From contig JAHFJG010000007.1 in assembly GCA_023246005.1 (NCBI GenBank), forward strand, positions 7,312-71,311: a stretch of 64,000 nt of DNA, given 5' to 3'. Made by a program: the position numbers and the translations under genes. Within the stretch, counting starts at the first letter, position 1. Each line of letters starts with the position of its first letter. Positions 35,680 through 44,910 of this stretch are shown here, in pieces. Source of the DNA: Candidatus Doudnabacteria bacterium. GTDB lineage: Bacteria > Patescibacteriota > Doudnabacteria > UBA920 > O2-02-FULL-48-8. Under the pieces are notes generated by a model that was given only the letters and a program-made list of their open reading frames with translations, was not told where the DNA came from and did not search any database.

Positions 35680-35883
35680 CATGCGATCCAGCTCCAGTTT
35701 TTCAAACTGGGGCTGGAGGTACCATCGCAATTCCTTTTGGCTCTTAATTAACTGGATTACGGCCAGCGCCGGGCGGTTCTCATCGCAATCCTGAATTTAT
35801 TTCAGGATCTCGTAATAGATTCCGAACCGAGTTCGGAATTACGAATTTTCCGCCAGCTCATCGGTTGATTGCCGATTCAACGC
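35680..35883 (-). promoter_or_regulatory. Ile T-box riboswitch with ultrashort stem I
   Basis: GCGTTGAATCGGCA-ATC-AACCGATGAGC; stem II GGCGGAAAA/AGAACCGCC; GCCGTAA; GCGA-TGGTACC-TCCAGC...GCTGGA-TCGC; upstream of ileS. Confidence 0.85.
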
Positions 35884-36009
35884 TTCTGAAATTCTTGCCT
35901 TAATTATAACAAATTTGTCGCAAAAACAAAAACGCCTCGGTCAAAGCTAAGGCGTTTTGTTGTCTGATTACGGATTAGTCCCGGTTGGTGCTGGTGTAGT
36001 CGCGCTAGC

Positions 36010-36771
36010 TCACCACGCAGCTTTCAGAGCTTGTCTGGCCGCTTCTACCGCTTGCCTAAAGGCTTGATTCGCAGCTTGGATCGCCTGGTCGCGGGTCTTA
36101 GCCAACTGGATCAGGGTTCCATCCGGCAAAGCAATCACGACTTGGCGGAAGGCCTCATTGGCTTTTCGAATACCGTTATACATTGTTTGCCTGGCAGTTA
36201 CTGGAGCAACCTTGTTGGCGCAATCGGTTTTGGCTTGAGCAATGGCTGCATTGACTGCGTTCTGGAACGCTGTTGCGGCATTTTTAACTTTATTTTCGCG
36301 GTCAGTGATCGTTTGCTGGGCCGCTGTCTGGTAAGCGCTCACTGCGGCATCCACGGCTTGTTTGCGAGTGGCTTGCGCCGCCAGCACTGCGACTTTGAAA
36401 GCCGCAATCGCGGCTTTCTGCGCGTCAGTCGTAGCTTTCGAACCGAGCGAATTTATATGATCTGCAAACTTCGTTCTGGCTGCATCGCGCAAACTTTGCA
36501 CTTCCGCTGCCCGCTTGGTTTTGCGATCCGACAAATTTTGCAGCATGGTCGTTCTGATCTTGCCGCGATTGTCTGCCAATTTGGTCAGCAAATTGTTCAA
36601 CTGGCTGGAAGTGTCGTTGATCTTCGTGCAGAAATTGTTCGTGGGCATTCGACCTTGGGAAGTTGAACTGTTCCCGCCAGTAGTAGTATTCGTAGCCAAA
36701 GATACGAACGGACTAATCATTAAACCAATTGTCGCCGCGCTAACGGCTAATTTTTTAATAGTTTGCATTGG
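36010..36771 (-). CDS. Secreted Ala-rich coiled-coil protein
   Basis: Signal peptide; internal helical repeat. Confidence 0.75.
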   Translation of the reverse strand, partial: PMQTIKKLAVSAATIGLMISPFVSLATNTTTGGNSSTSQGRMPTNNFCTKINDTSSQLNNLLTKLADNRGKIRTTMLQNLSDRKTKRAAEVQSLRDAARTKFADHINSLGSKATTDAQKAAIAAFKVAVLAAQATRKQAVDAAVSAYQTAAQQTITDRENKVKNAATAFQNAVNAAIAQAKTDCANKVAPVTARQTMYNGIRKANEAFRQVVIALPDGTLIQLAKTRDQAIQAANQAFRQAVEAARQALKAAW

Positions 36772-37087
36772 AAACTTCGTTTGAATCATTGACAACTGCT
36801 TGATCTGCTTTCAACAAATCAGTGTCTGATTGCGAATTAGTAATTGCTTCGCTATTAACGCTCGACTGCAAATCGTTAACAGCTGCGTCAACTTGGCCAG
36901 AGGCTGAACTGGGGTTTGCCGCCTGCTGGTTTGATTGCGCGTTGCCTGTTTGGGCAGATTGGCCGGACTGCTGATTGCTCGCTGTCCCGCCTGGGCCGGT
37001 TTGGGTCGGCTGCTTGCTCGCCTGCTGGCTGTTGCATGCCGCGGCAAACAAAACCACCGCTCCCGCCACTAGTAATACTTTCCTCAT
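36755..37087 (-). CDS. Lipoprotein, low complexity
   Basis: Lipobox FAAAC. Confidence 0.8.
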   Translation of the reverse strand: MRKVLLVAGAVVLFAAACNSQQASKQPTQTGPGGTASNQQSGQSAQTGNAQSNQQAANPSSASGQVDAAVNDLQSSVNSEAITNSQSDTDLLKADQAVVNDSNEVSNANY

Positions 37088-37140
37088 TAGTTTAGGGGTT
37101 AATTATATTAATATTGATACAAATTTATCGAAAACGCAAG

Positions 37141-37245
37141 TCCCGCACCACTTTTAAATAATCAGTAATTTGTTGTACTAATTCCGGAAATTTCAACTTC
37201 AAAAATTATCAAATCAAACTATAATTCGGCTAAAGTGGTGCGGGA
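37141..37245. repeat. MITE-like element with 14-bp terminal inverted repeats
   Basis: TCCCGCACCACTTT ... AAAGTGGTGCGGGA, abutting the argS stop codon. Confidence 0.75.
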
Positions 37246-38901
37246 TTACATCTCGTCCAATGGCTCAATCCCCAACAACTTTAATCCTTGGCCCAGAACA
37301 TTTTTGGCGGATGAGATCAGAGCCAGCCGAAAATCTTTTACCTTCTCGTCTTTCTCTTGGGTCACTGGGCTCTCGTGATAAAACTTATTCAACAGTGTAG
37401 CAAAGTTAAATAAATAATTTGCTAAAATGTTTGGCAGATAATCTTTCAGGCTCTCTTGTACGACCTCGGCTAATATTGATGATTTGAACAGCACTTCACG
37501 CTCGGTTGCCGAAATAGCGACATCTGTAAACTTTCCGTCTAATCCGGCTTTTCGAAGAATGCTGCTCAACCTGGCATAAGCATATTGCAAATACGGCCCG
37601 CTATCGCCTTCAAAGTCCAAAACTTTGTCCCAGTCAAATTCAATGTCGCTGTGGCGATTGCGAGAGAGGTCAAAATATTTCAAAGCGCCAACGCTCACCG
37701 CATGAATCACTTTTTCTTTATTTTTCAAATCCGGATTTTTTTCAGCAATAATCTTGGCCACTCTTTTGTTTGCTTCAGCCAGCACATCTTCAGCCAAAAC
37801 CATATTTCCTTTGCGAGTGGAGAGCACTTCACCTTTGAAACTAATGAAACCATAATCAATATGAACTCCTTCGCCTTCTTTTATTTCTCCCAACGTTTTC
37901 AAAATTGCAAAAAGTTGTTTGTAATGATGCGACTGGCGATTGTCCACCACATAAAGATGTTTGGCAAATCCTTGTTTTTTTCCGAAAATAAATGTCGCTA
38001 GATCCCGTAAAAGATAAGTTGTGCCGCCATCAGACTTGATGATTACGGCAATTCCCAAATTTTTGGTGTCTTCTCCGCCTACGGCGGACAGATTAACAAT
38101 CTGCGCTCCTTGCGATTCAACCAAAAGTTTTTTCTTTTTCAATTCTTGCAAAACCACCGGCATCTTGTCTTCATAAAAACTTTCCGGCCAGTGGTGGTCA
38201 AACGGCAAAATGTCTAAAGTTTCATTGATTTGCAAAAACTGCTTCTTGCTTTCATCAACCAGGTTTTGCCAAATCTTTCTATTTTCAGTGTCATGCTTTT
38301 CAAGCTTTACGAACTCCTGTTTGGCTTGTTCGTGGATCGATTTATCATTTTCGGCCTCCGAGTTCAATTGGGCATACAGTTTGTCATTGACTTCTCCGTA
38401 CTTCTTGTAAGCCAAAATCAAATAGCCAAACTGGGTGCCCCAATCCCCCATGTGAGTGTCTGATTCAACCTTGTAGCCCAAATACAAAAACATGCGCTTA
38501 AGAACATCACCAATAATCGCGGTGCGCAAATGGCCCATGTGCAAAGGCTTGGCAATGTTTGGCTGAAAGTACTCAAGCAAAATTTTTTCTTTCTTGTTTA
38601 TTTCTGGCTTAGGCGGTTTTTCAATCGCTTGAATTAGAACTTCATTTTTCAAAGTAAAATTTATAAAGCCCGGACCAGCGACTTCGACTGTTTCAAATAT
38701 TGTCTGGTCTAAATTTTCGATAATTTTTTTAGCCAGGTCAGCGGGCTTGATCTTCAGCAGTTTGCTGCCAACAAGAGGAATATTGCTAGCATAATCACCA
38801 AACTTCGGATCTGAAGAGTAACCAACATCAAAAACCAAATCAGAAGTTAAGCCTGATTTGGAACCCGCATCAACCAGCAATTGCTTGATCTTTTCCTTCA
38901 T
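37246..38901 (-). CDS. argS: Arginine-tRNA ligase
   Basis: FGDYASN, PNIAKPLHMGHLR, GDWGTQFG, STRKG, GPYLQYAYAR; start 38901 (alternative 38925). Confidence 0.97.
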   Translation of the reverse strand: MKEKIKQLLVDAGSKSGLTSDLVFDVGYSSDPKFGDYASNIPLVGSKLLKIKPADLAKKIIENLDQTIFETVEVAGPGFINFTLKNEVLIQAIEKPPKPEINKKEKILLEYFQPNIAKPLHMGHLRTAIIGDVLKRMFLYLGYKVESDTHMGDWGTQFGYLILAYKKYGEVNDKLYAQLNSEAENDKSIHEQAKQEFVKLEKHDTENRKIWQNLVDESKKQFLQINETLDILPFDHHWPESFYEDKMPVVLQELKKKKLLVESQGAQIVNLSAVGGEDTKNLGIAVIIKSDGGTTYLLRDLATFIFGKKQGFAKHLYVVDNRQSHHYKQLFAILKTLGEIKEGEGVHIDYGFISFKGEVLSTRKGNMVLAEDVLAEANKRVAKIIAEKNPDLKNKEKVIHAVSVGALKYFDLSRNRHSDIEFDWDKVLDFEGDSGPYLQYAYARLSSILRKAGLDGKFTDVAISATEREVLFKSSILAEVVQESLKDYLPNILANYLFNFATLLNKFYHESPVTQEKDEKVKDFRLALISSAKNVLGQGLKLLGIEPLDEM

Positions 38902-39007
38902 CCCGTTTAGAAATTTATCTGACATTGTTTAGTGAAAATTGAATATTAATCCTACTGACCCATCTTTAGCGATAATTCAGGTTCCCGAAATTTCTAACGG
39001 GATTCAT
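38897..39007. repeat. Inverted-repeat element flanked by ATGAA direct repeats at the argS start
   Basis: Minus strand ATGAA-TCCCGTTAGAAATTT...AAATTTCTAAACGGG-ATGAA. Confidence 0.75.
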
Positions 39008-39014
39008 TAATTTA

Positions 39015-39127
39015 CCCGGTAGTGAAGTTCGATTATTTTATAAAAAATTCGGCCTTTAATATCTGCTCAAAAAGTAAAATTTCGATATACTTTATTTTTT
39101 AACCTCTATCGAACTTCTACTACTGGG
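39015..39127. repeat. MITE-like element, same family as 2099-2158
   Basis: CCCGGTAGTGAAGTTCGAT ... ATCGAACTTCTACTACTGGG. Confidence 0.7.
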
Positions 39128-39159
39128 CATAAGCACATTATATCTGATAATATTAGGGT

Positions 39160-39609
39160 ATGCCAACCTATGCTTCCAACCGCAAAGCTTTTCATGATTA
39201 CTCAATCGAAGACACAGTTGAGGCCGGTTTGGTTTTGGAAGGCCACGAAGTCAAAAGCGCCAAGACTGGCCAAGCTACACTCACGGGCGCTTACGTCACA
39301 ATTCGGGCCGGAGAAGCCTATCTTCGCAATGCCTATATTGGCCGCTATAAACAATCAGCTGGCCTGGAAACCCATGATGAAATACGCGAACGAAAACTCT
39401 TGCTCCATAAAAATGAAATTATCCGCTTGCAAAACAAAACCAAGGATAAAGGCCTAACCTTGATTCCTCTGGAACTCTACTCTCATAAAGGTTTAATCAA
39501 ATTGAAAATCGGCGTGGCCAAAGGCAAAAAACAATTCGACAAAAGAGAATCAATCAAGAAAAAAGAATTAAAACGAAAAATCGATCGTACCATTAGAACT
39601 AAAATTTAA
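39160..39609 (+). CDS. smpB: SsrA-binding protein SmpB
   Basis: NRKAFHDY, EAGLVLEGHEVKS, RKLLLHK, GKKQFDKR. Confidence 0.98.
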   Translation: MPTYASNRKAFHDYSIEDTVEAGLVLEGHEVKSAKTGQATLTGAYVTIRAGEAYLRNAYIGRYKQSAGLETHDEIRERKLLLHKNEIIRLQNKTKDKGLTLIPLELYSHKGLIKLKIGVAKGKKQFDKRESIKKKELKRKIDRTIRTKI

Positions 39610-39649
39610 AAACCGCCCATCATTATAGGGCGGTTTATTAGTTTTTTCT

Positions 39650-42600
39650 TTAATAATCAGTCGATCGATAGCCGGATAATACAGAGCTGTCCACAACTTT
39701 TATCTGGCTAAACTTATAGCCTTGAGTGATGAAATCTTCCATGGATCTAAACGGTCTAATTTCAACGCTCCTAACCACTACATAAACCGTATTGTTGTCA
39801 GCAGTCTTAAGCAATGTCCCGCTAGGATACCTGCTGATTGACACGCCTTTAATCCGAGGGCCAACAGGCGCCCCAATAGGCACTGCCAGGTCAGCCAGGT
39901 TAGCGGAAACTATCTGTCTGAACTTATTGCCCCAAGAAAAGAAAATGCTTGAGGATGGAAAAGCGTATCGGTAGCTGCGACCCATGAAATAGATTGTCCC
40001 GTTGTCATTAACTAACGTGCCTCTGGGATGTCTATGGACAATGTCTGTGACGTCAGAGCCTTGGGCAATGCTGGATATATCTGCATCTATGATATTGGAG
40101 AGTTTGTAGCCGAGACCATAGAAGACACCCATGGAACTAAAAGCTCGCTTCAGTCCATTTTCAATCACATAGATCACGCCATTATCCTTAACCAAGGATC
40201 CATCATCATATTTGGTTGTTGGAGCTGGATTAGGCGTGGGTGTGGGAGTAGGAATCGGTGTTGGCGGTGGTGGAGGTGGTGTGGGTGTCGGTGTTGGAGT
40301 GGGCGTCGGAGTAGGAGTAGGAGTCGGAGTCGGAGTCGTGGTAATGGTCAGAAAATCTTCTGCGGACCAGCCGTCCACGCCGGAATCGTAATTGATCTGC
40401 CACCAGTTGTATCCTCCCGAAGCGATAGAACCGGCAATAACCGTTCCCAAGGCGCCCGTCGGCTGCGTCCCCAAAAGTGTCCCGGTCATGGATGCCGTAG
40501 CGCGGACATTAAGAGGCCCGGAGGAAACCTGCACGCGATTGCTGATGGTGAATTTTGTGGAAGGAGTAGGTGTCGGCGGAGTATTAACTGTCACCGTCAC
40601 GGACTGACTCGTGCTCCCTCCTGCACCGGAACAGGTCAGCGTGTAGGTCGTCGTCGCCGTGGGGAACGCCGTCGAATTTCCGAAGACTGCTTGTGTTCCC
40701 GCCCATCCGCCCGAAGCGGTACACGCCGTCGCGTTCGTTGATGACCATCCGAGCGTCACGGATGCGCCCGCGGTTATGGCGTTGCTCGAAATCGAGAACG
40801 ATAAAGTGGGAACTGGTGTAGGAGTAGGAGTAGGAGATATTGTCCAACATGCGGTCATTGGCGCATCAAGATTCAGATTCTTTTTAATAGAGCTGAATCG
40901 CATACTGTTCATGACAGGACAGAAAGTCGCGGTGTTCCCGGAATATTCGGCGTTGAACACGGCCTTACCCGCATTAATGAAAGGCACAAGCGTACTGCAT
41001 TCGTTGTACTGGTTACACTGCTCATCAAGAGCCCAATCGAAATCACCAACCAGGCTCGTGACCTGACCGACGTCATTTTTGAGTCCGATGGACAACCCTT
41101 TACCGTGCGCCGTCGTGGCGAGGAAGCGATTATAAGTGATCTGGTCATTTGCGGTCAGAGGAAATCCGGTGCTGTTCGAGTAGCCATCGATATTATCGGG
41201 CTCTATGGCATCGCAACCTTTCTGCACTGCAAGGTCCATCCGCGCGTTCATGATCGGGCCCAGGATGCTCGTCTGGCGAATGTCCAGCCAATTTTCGCCC
41301 GGCCAACCGTTGCCATTGCCTTTGACCGACGCAGGGAAGCTTGCCGCGTCAGTGCGCCAGTTCTCGTAGGTTCCGGCGCTGATATAACAGATGACCTTCC
41401 TGCCTGCCGCATGGAGCGAAGTAATGGTTGTTGCGGAGTTGTCGAAAAGATCGATGTCGTAGGCCTGCGCGTTGAAACTCTGATCAACGGTCCCCGTAAG
41501 TTGCCACTGCCAAGTCGTCATCGGAGCGGGGTACCAAATATTTGCGGCGGGTGTTGGAGTCGGTGTTGGAGTCGGTGCGGGCGTCGTCGTCTTTACGAGA
41601 TAATCTTCTGCGGACCACCCGTCCACGCCGGAATCGTAATTGATCTGCCACCAGTTATATCCTCCCGAAGCGATAGGGCCGGCAACGACCGTTCCTAGGG
41701 CGCCCGTCGGCTGCGTTCCCAAAAGCGTTCCAGTCGTGGATGCCGTAGCGCGGACATTAAGAGGTCCGGAGGAAACCTGTACGCGGTCACCGATAACGAA
41801 TTTTATGGAAGGAGTAGGTGTCGGCGTTGGGGTTGGGGTTGGCGTTGGCGTGTTGCTATACAAATTAGCAGGCATAGCATTGCCGGCAGCTTCCCAGATG
41901 TACTGGGTCAACGAGGGCGAAGAGCAGAAACCCCGGGTGACGCCGGCATCCGTGCACATTTCTTTTTTAATCCTAGCTTCATTCGGCCAGCTCCAGAGCG
42001 GATTCGAAGTCAACGTATTGAATCCCGCATCACCCCAAAAAGTCCCGTCTTGCCCGTAAGCGTACATCACGTTTGCCCCATAATCCGCTCCCCCGTTCCC
42101 CGTACCCTTGAGTGACGATCCATTTTCTATCCGGGTAATGTATTTAAGCGAACCATCCGTTAAAGGATTCGTAGTTTTACAACCCACGCTGCAGGTGGCG
42201 TCACCATAAGCGGGCGTAACATTATTATCTATATAAGTTGGAGTAACCGCTCCGAAATAGCCATAGCGTCCGGATCCCGCAGCAATGAGGTTTTTCGCCG
42301 AAGAGCTACCGGCATAGTGGACATTGATAACATCTCCATTATTATTAGAAGAACTCTTATACGCCGTCAGATTCTGAAGGACCGCCTGTTGGTCGGTGCA
42401 ACCCTGGCACTGGGAGTTAAAGCCGGTCCCCCGGGGGTTCCATGCGACGTCATCCTTATAGATCGCAGCTGGATTAGTAACTCCCGAGGTATTGTCGGTA
42501 TCGGTGGTAAACGCGCTGTATTGGCTGTTAAGCGAAATACTGCCTAGCCATTCGTTGCCGCCAAAAGGATGAGTTCCGGCATTCGTGTGCCACGCCGTCC

Positions 42601-43537
42601 AAAAATCCGCGCCGCCGCCGAATCCCGCGGGCCCCAGAATATTGTCCAAAGCCATAACGTTTTGCAGCGAGGCCTGACTGGTGTTATAGATGGTGGTCGC
42701 GCTCATGTAATTGCCGGAGTTGCTCCCGCAATAATCTGCGGAGGAGTTGCAACCGTCGTTTCTTAAAATGACTCGGCGCAGAACGATATGGTCCGCATTG
42801 AGTGGAGCAAATGCCTTGCGATCGTTGCCCCAAAGCCAACTATCTTCGAGTGTGATATAAGAAGAAACAAGATTTCCATTATTATCGTTTGTGCCGATAT
42901 TGAAGACCCCGTTACCTCCGCTATTGTCCGTCACCCCTATGTTTTTGAAAAAGAGGTGGTCGCCATGATAGATGCCGACGGCGTGAGCAATTTTAAAACC
43001 TTGAAATTTAATGAACTTCTTCGTGATAGGGATCGTGCCAAGCTGGATCGTATCGATAGTCACTGCGCCATCGTTCAATGCGATGATTTTCGTCATGGCG
43101 CCGACGGCCGTACCATCTTGCGGCACACCGGAAGGCGCACCCGAATTCTGATTGATCGCACCGTTCACGGCCGAGGTATACGCTCCATCCATTAAGTACA
43201 ACGTGCCGCTGGCAGGCAGAGCCGAGAACGCCTTGGCAAACGTCTTGAAAGAAGTAGATTGAGAAGCGCCGTTATTCGAATCAGAGCCAGTCGGGGAAAT
43301 ATAATAGATTGACCCGGTGCCGGCCGCGCTGGCCACGTTTGGAGTTAAAATAACATCGGCGCCAGAAATTTGATTAAACAAAACCGTGCCAACTAATAAA
43401 GAGATGAAAATAAAAATAACCCAGTGAAAGAGAGGATATGTCTTGTGCATATGCCATTTGGAATAGCCTTTGTATTTTTGTTCCAGCATCTCGTGCAATT
43501 TTTGCATATTCTGTTTTGCTTGGTAAGCAATCTTCAA
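39650..43537 (-). CDS. Large surface protein: beta-helix-like N-domain, two SH3b-like repeats, GH114 endo-alpha-1,4-polygalactosaminidase, PT linkers, C-terminal repeats
   Basis: WQWQL, YDIDLFD, ICYISAGTYENWR, CDAIEPDNIDGY, GLKND. Confidence 0.85.
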   Translation of the reverse strand: MKIAYQAKQNMQKLHEMLEQKYKGYSKWHMHKTYPLFHWVIFIFISLLVGTVLFNQISGADVILTPNVASAAGTGSIYYISPTGSDSNNGASQSTSFKTFAKAFSALPASGTLYLMDGAYTSAVNGAINQNSGAPSGVPQDGTAVGAMTKIIALNDGAVTIDTIQLGTIPITKKFIKFQGFKIAHAVGIYHGDHLFFKNIGVTDNSGGNGVFNIGTNDNNGNLVSSYITLEDSWLWGNDRKAFAPLNADHIVLRRVILRNDGCNSSADYCGSNSGNYMSATTIYNTSQASLQNVMALDNILGPAGFGGGADFWTAWHTNAGTHPFGGNEWLGSISLNSQYSAFTTDTDNTSGVTNPAAIYKDDVAWNPRGTGFNSQCQGCTDQQAVLQNLTAYKSSSNNNGDVINVHYAGSSSAKNLIAAGSGRYGYFGAVTPTYIDNNVTPAYGDATCSVGCKTTNPLTDGSLKYITRIENGSSLKGTGNGGADYGANVMYAYGQDGTFWGDAGFNTLTSNPLWSWPNEARIKKEMCTDAGVTRGFCSSPSLTQYIWEAAGNAMPANLYSNTPTPTPTPTPTPTPSIKFVIGDRVQVSSGPLNVRATASTTGTLLGTQPTGALGTVVAGPIASGGYNWWQINYDSGVDGWSAEDYLVKTTTPAPTPTPTPTPAANIWYPAPMTTWQWQLTGTVDQSFNAQAYDIDLFDNSATTITSLHAAGRKVICYISAGTYENWRTDAASFPASVKGNGNGWPGENWLDIRQTSILGPIMNARMDLAVQKGCDAIEPDNIDGYSNSTGFPLTANDQITYNRFLATTAHGKGLSIGLKNDVGQVTSLVGDFDWALDEQCNQYNECSTLVPFINAGKAVFNAEYSGNTATFCPVMNSMRFSSIKKNLNLDAPMTACWTISPTPTPTPVPTLSFSISSNAITAGASVTLGWSSTNATACTASGGWAGTQAVFGNSTAFPTATTTYTLTCSGAGGSTSQSVTVTVNTPPTPTPSTKFTISNRVQVSSGPLNVRATASMTGTLLGTQPTGALGTVIAGSIASGGYNWWQINYDSGVDGWSAEDFLTITTTPTPTPTPTPTPTPTPTPTPPPPPPTPIPTPTPTPNPAPTTKYDDGSLVKDNGVIYVIENGLKRAFSSMGVFYGLGYKLSNIIDADISSIAQGSDVTDIVHRHPRGTLVNDNGTIYFMGRSYRYAFPSSSIFFSWGNKFRQIVSANLADLAVPIGAPVGPRIKGVSISRYPSGTLLKTADNNTVYVVVRSVEIRPFRSMEDFITQGYKFSQIKVVDSSVLSGYRSTDY

Positions 43538-43936
43538 AAGCTTCCAAAAAATAAAGCTTAAAGAAGCCCCAATAATTGCTCTATTTAATTGTTTTTTCCG
43601 CCAGAGGCGCCTGCCTGCCCGACCGACAGGGATCCGCCCGATTTGGTTTTGAATTGTGGCAAAGTTTTACCTTTTGTTTCTGTAGAGTTATTTACTCTAT
43701 ATAATATATGATAGCATATATTTTAGAATATTGCAACAAAATAAAATACGGGATTTTAACTCTCAATACCCTAAACCTTTACATTTAAGCAAAAATCTGA
43801 TAAGCTATGTTTCGTCGCAGTTGGTCGACACTTCGTGATCCCGCAATAAGTAGGATGCGCTACGGTCGACATAGCTGTTCCTCTCAAATTGAAATACAAT
43901 AGCTGATTCTTATCGGCATTTCAATTTGTAAAAATT

Positions 43937-44319
43937 GGGGCTGTTTAGATTCGACAAAAGTTCTTTGATAAATACTGCAAGTCCGATTAGCCTAATTTCT
44001 CGGTTAAAAAAATAAGGCAAATCATAAATGCCAATTCTTTGGTAAGCAAGATTAAGAACGCTTTTGCGTTCTCTCCTGCTTTGGCAGTCGCTTAAACAGT
44101 TACTGCCCATCTGTCCTGCAAAGTCTGTGCGCAGATCACAGGTGTTATATTATCGGACTTACTTTAGTTGACGCCTGACAGCTAAAGGACACTTAAGGCT
44201 GACCTTAAGGCGCTTTGGTCTGCTTCTATGTCTTAAGGGAAATTTTAAAGCAGTCTAAGCTTGTAGAAGTATTTGTTAAAATCTTTTGGACGGGAGTGCA
44301 AATCTCCCCAGCTCCACCA
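43937..44319 (+). ncRNA. ssrA: tmRNA
   Basis: GGGGCTG...TTCGAC 5' end, CAGCTCCACCA 3' end; tag ORF 44030-44095 ANSLVSKIKNAFAFSPALAVA; smpB nearby. Confidence 0.95.
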
Positions 44320-44481
44320 TTCGACTCCGTAATGCTTCGCATTACTTCGCTCATGGTCTCCGTTTTCGTTTTAAACGAAAACTTCGACCACATTGTTGAG
44401 TCGAATGGTGGAGTCCCGAGTGAGGAGTATAACGACGAATCGAGGGACTAACGAAGTGAGGAGTCGAGGGACTAATTTTAT

Positions 44482-44733
44482 ATGTCATTTTATTTTTATA
44501 TTGCTAAATGTCAGAATCAAAGTTTGTACTGTGGATCTACAAACAACATTGATCAAAGAATAATCCGCCATAACTCAGGCCAAGGCGCTAGATGGTTTAA
44601 ACAGCACGGTCCAGGCGAAATTGTCTATTCTGAAAACTTTGATACACTAGGCGAAGCCAGAAAAAGAGAAACCCAAATTAAAAAATGGTCGCGAATAAAA
44701 AAAGAAAATCTCATTAAAGGACTAAAACCATAA
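44482..44733 (+). CDS. GIY-YIG nuclease family protein
   Basis: FYIAKC...LYCGST...RIIRHN...RETQIKKWSR. Confidence 0.92.
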   Translation: MSFYFYIAKCQNQSLYCGSTNNIDQRIIRHNSGQGARWFKQHGPGEIVYSENFDTLGEARKRETQIKKWSRIKKENLIKGLKP

Positions 44734-44910
44734 CGGCTTTCATTGGCCGTTTCTCGTCCGACGTAGCCTTGCGCGAAGTCGGATTTAGTTTTCCATTTTT
44801 GATACCTGAAGGGTTTGGAAAACTAAATTGAGCAAAATTAGGCTCTTTTTGATCAATCTAGTAAATGGTATACTTAACTTAGGCATTAAACTGATTTTTG
44901 AAACAAAAAT

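Noticed and set aside
36010-36012. Genetic code 25 (TGA=Gly)
   Set aside because: Several genes (Fic, recO, M24 peptidase, msrB) end properly at TGA and long ORFs are intact under code 11
40230-40340. Hexamer-like tandem repeats
   Set aside because: Simply encode Pro-Thr linkers with varied third positions
40345-41825. Near-identical 220-bp repeats as a TR/VR pair
   Set aside because: Both copies are in-frame domains of one gene and differences are not adenine-restricted
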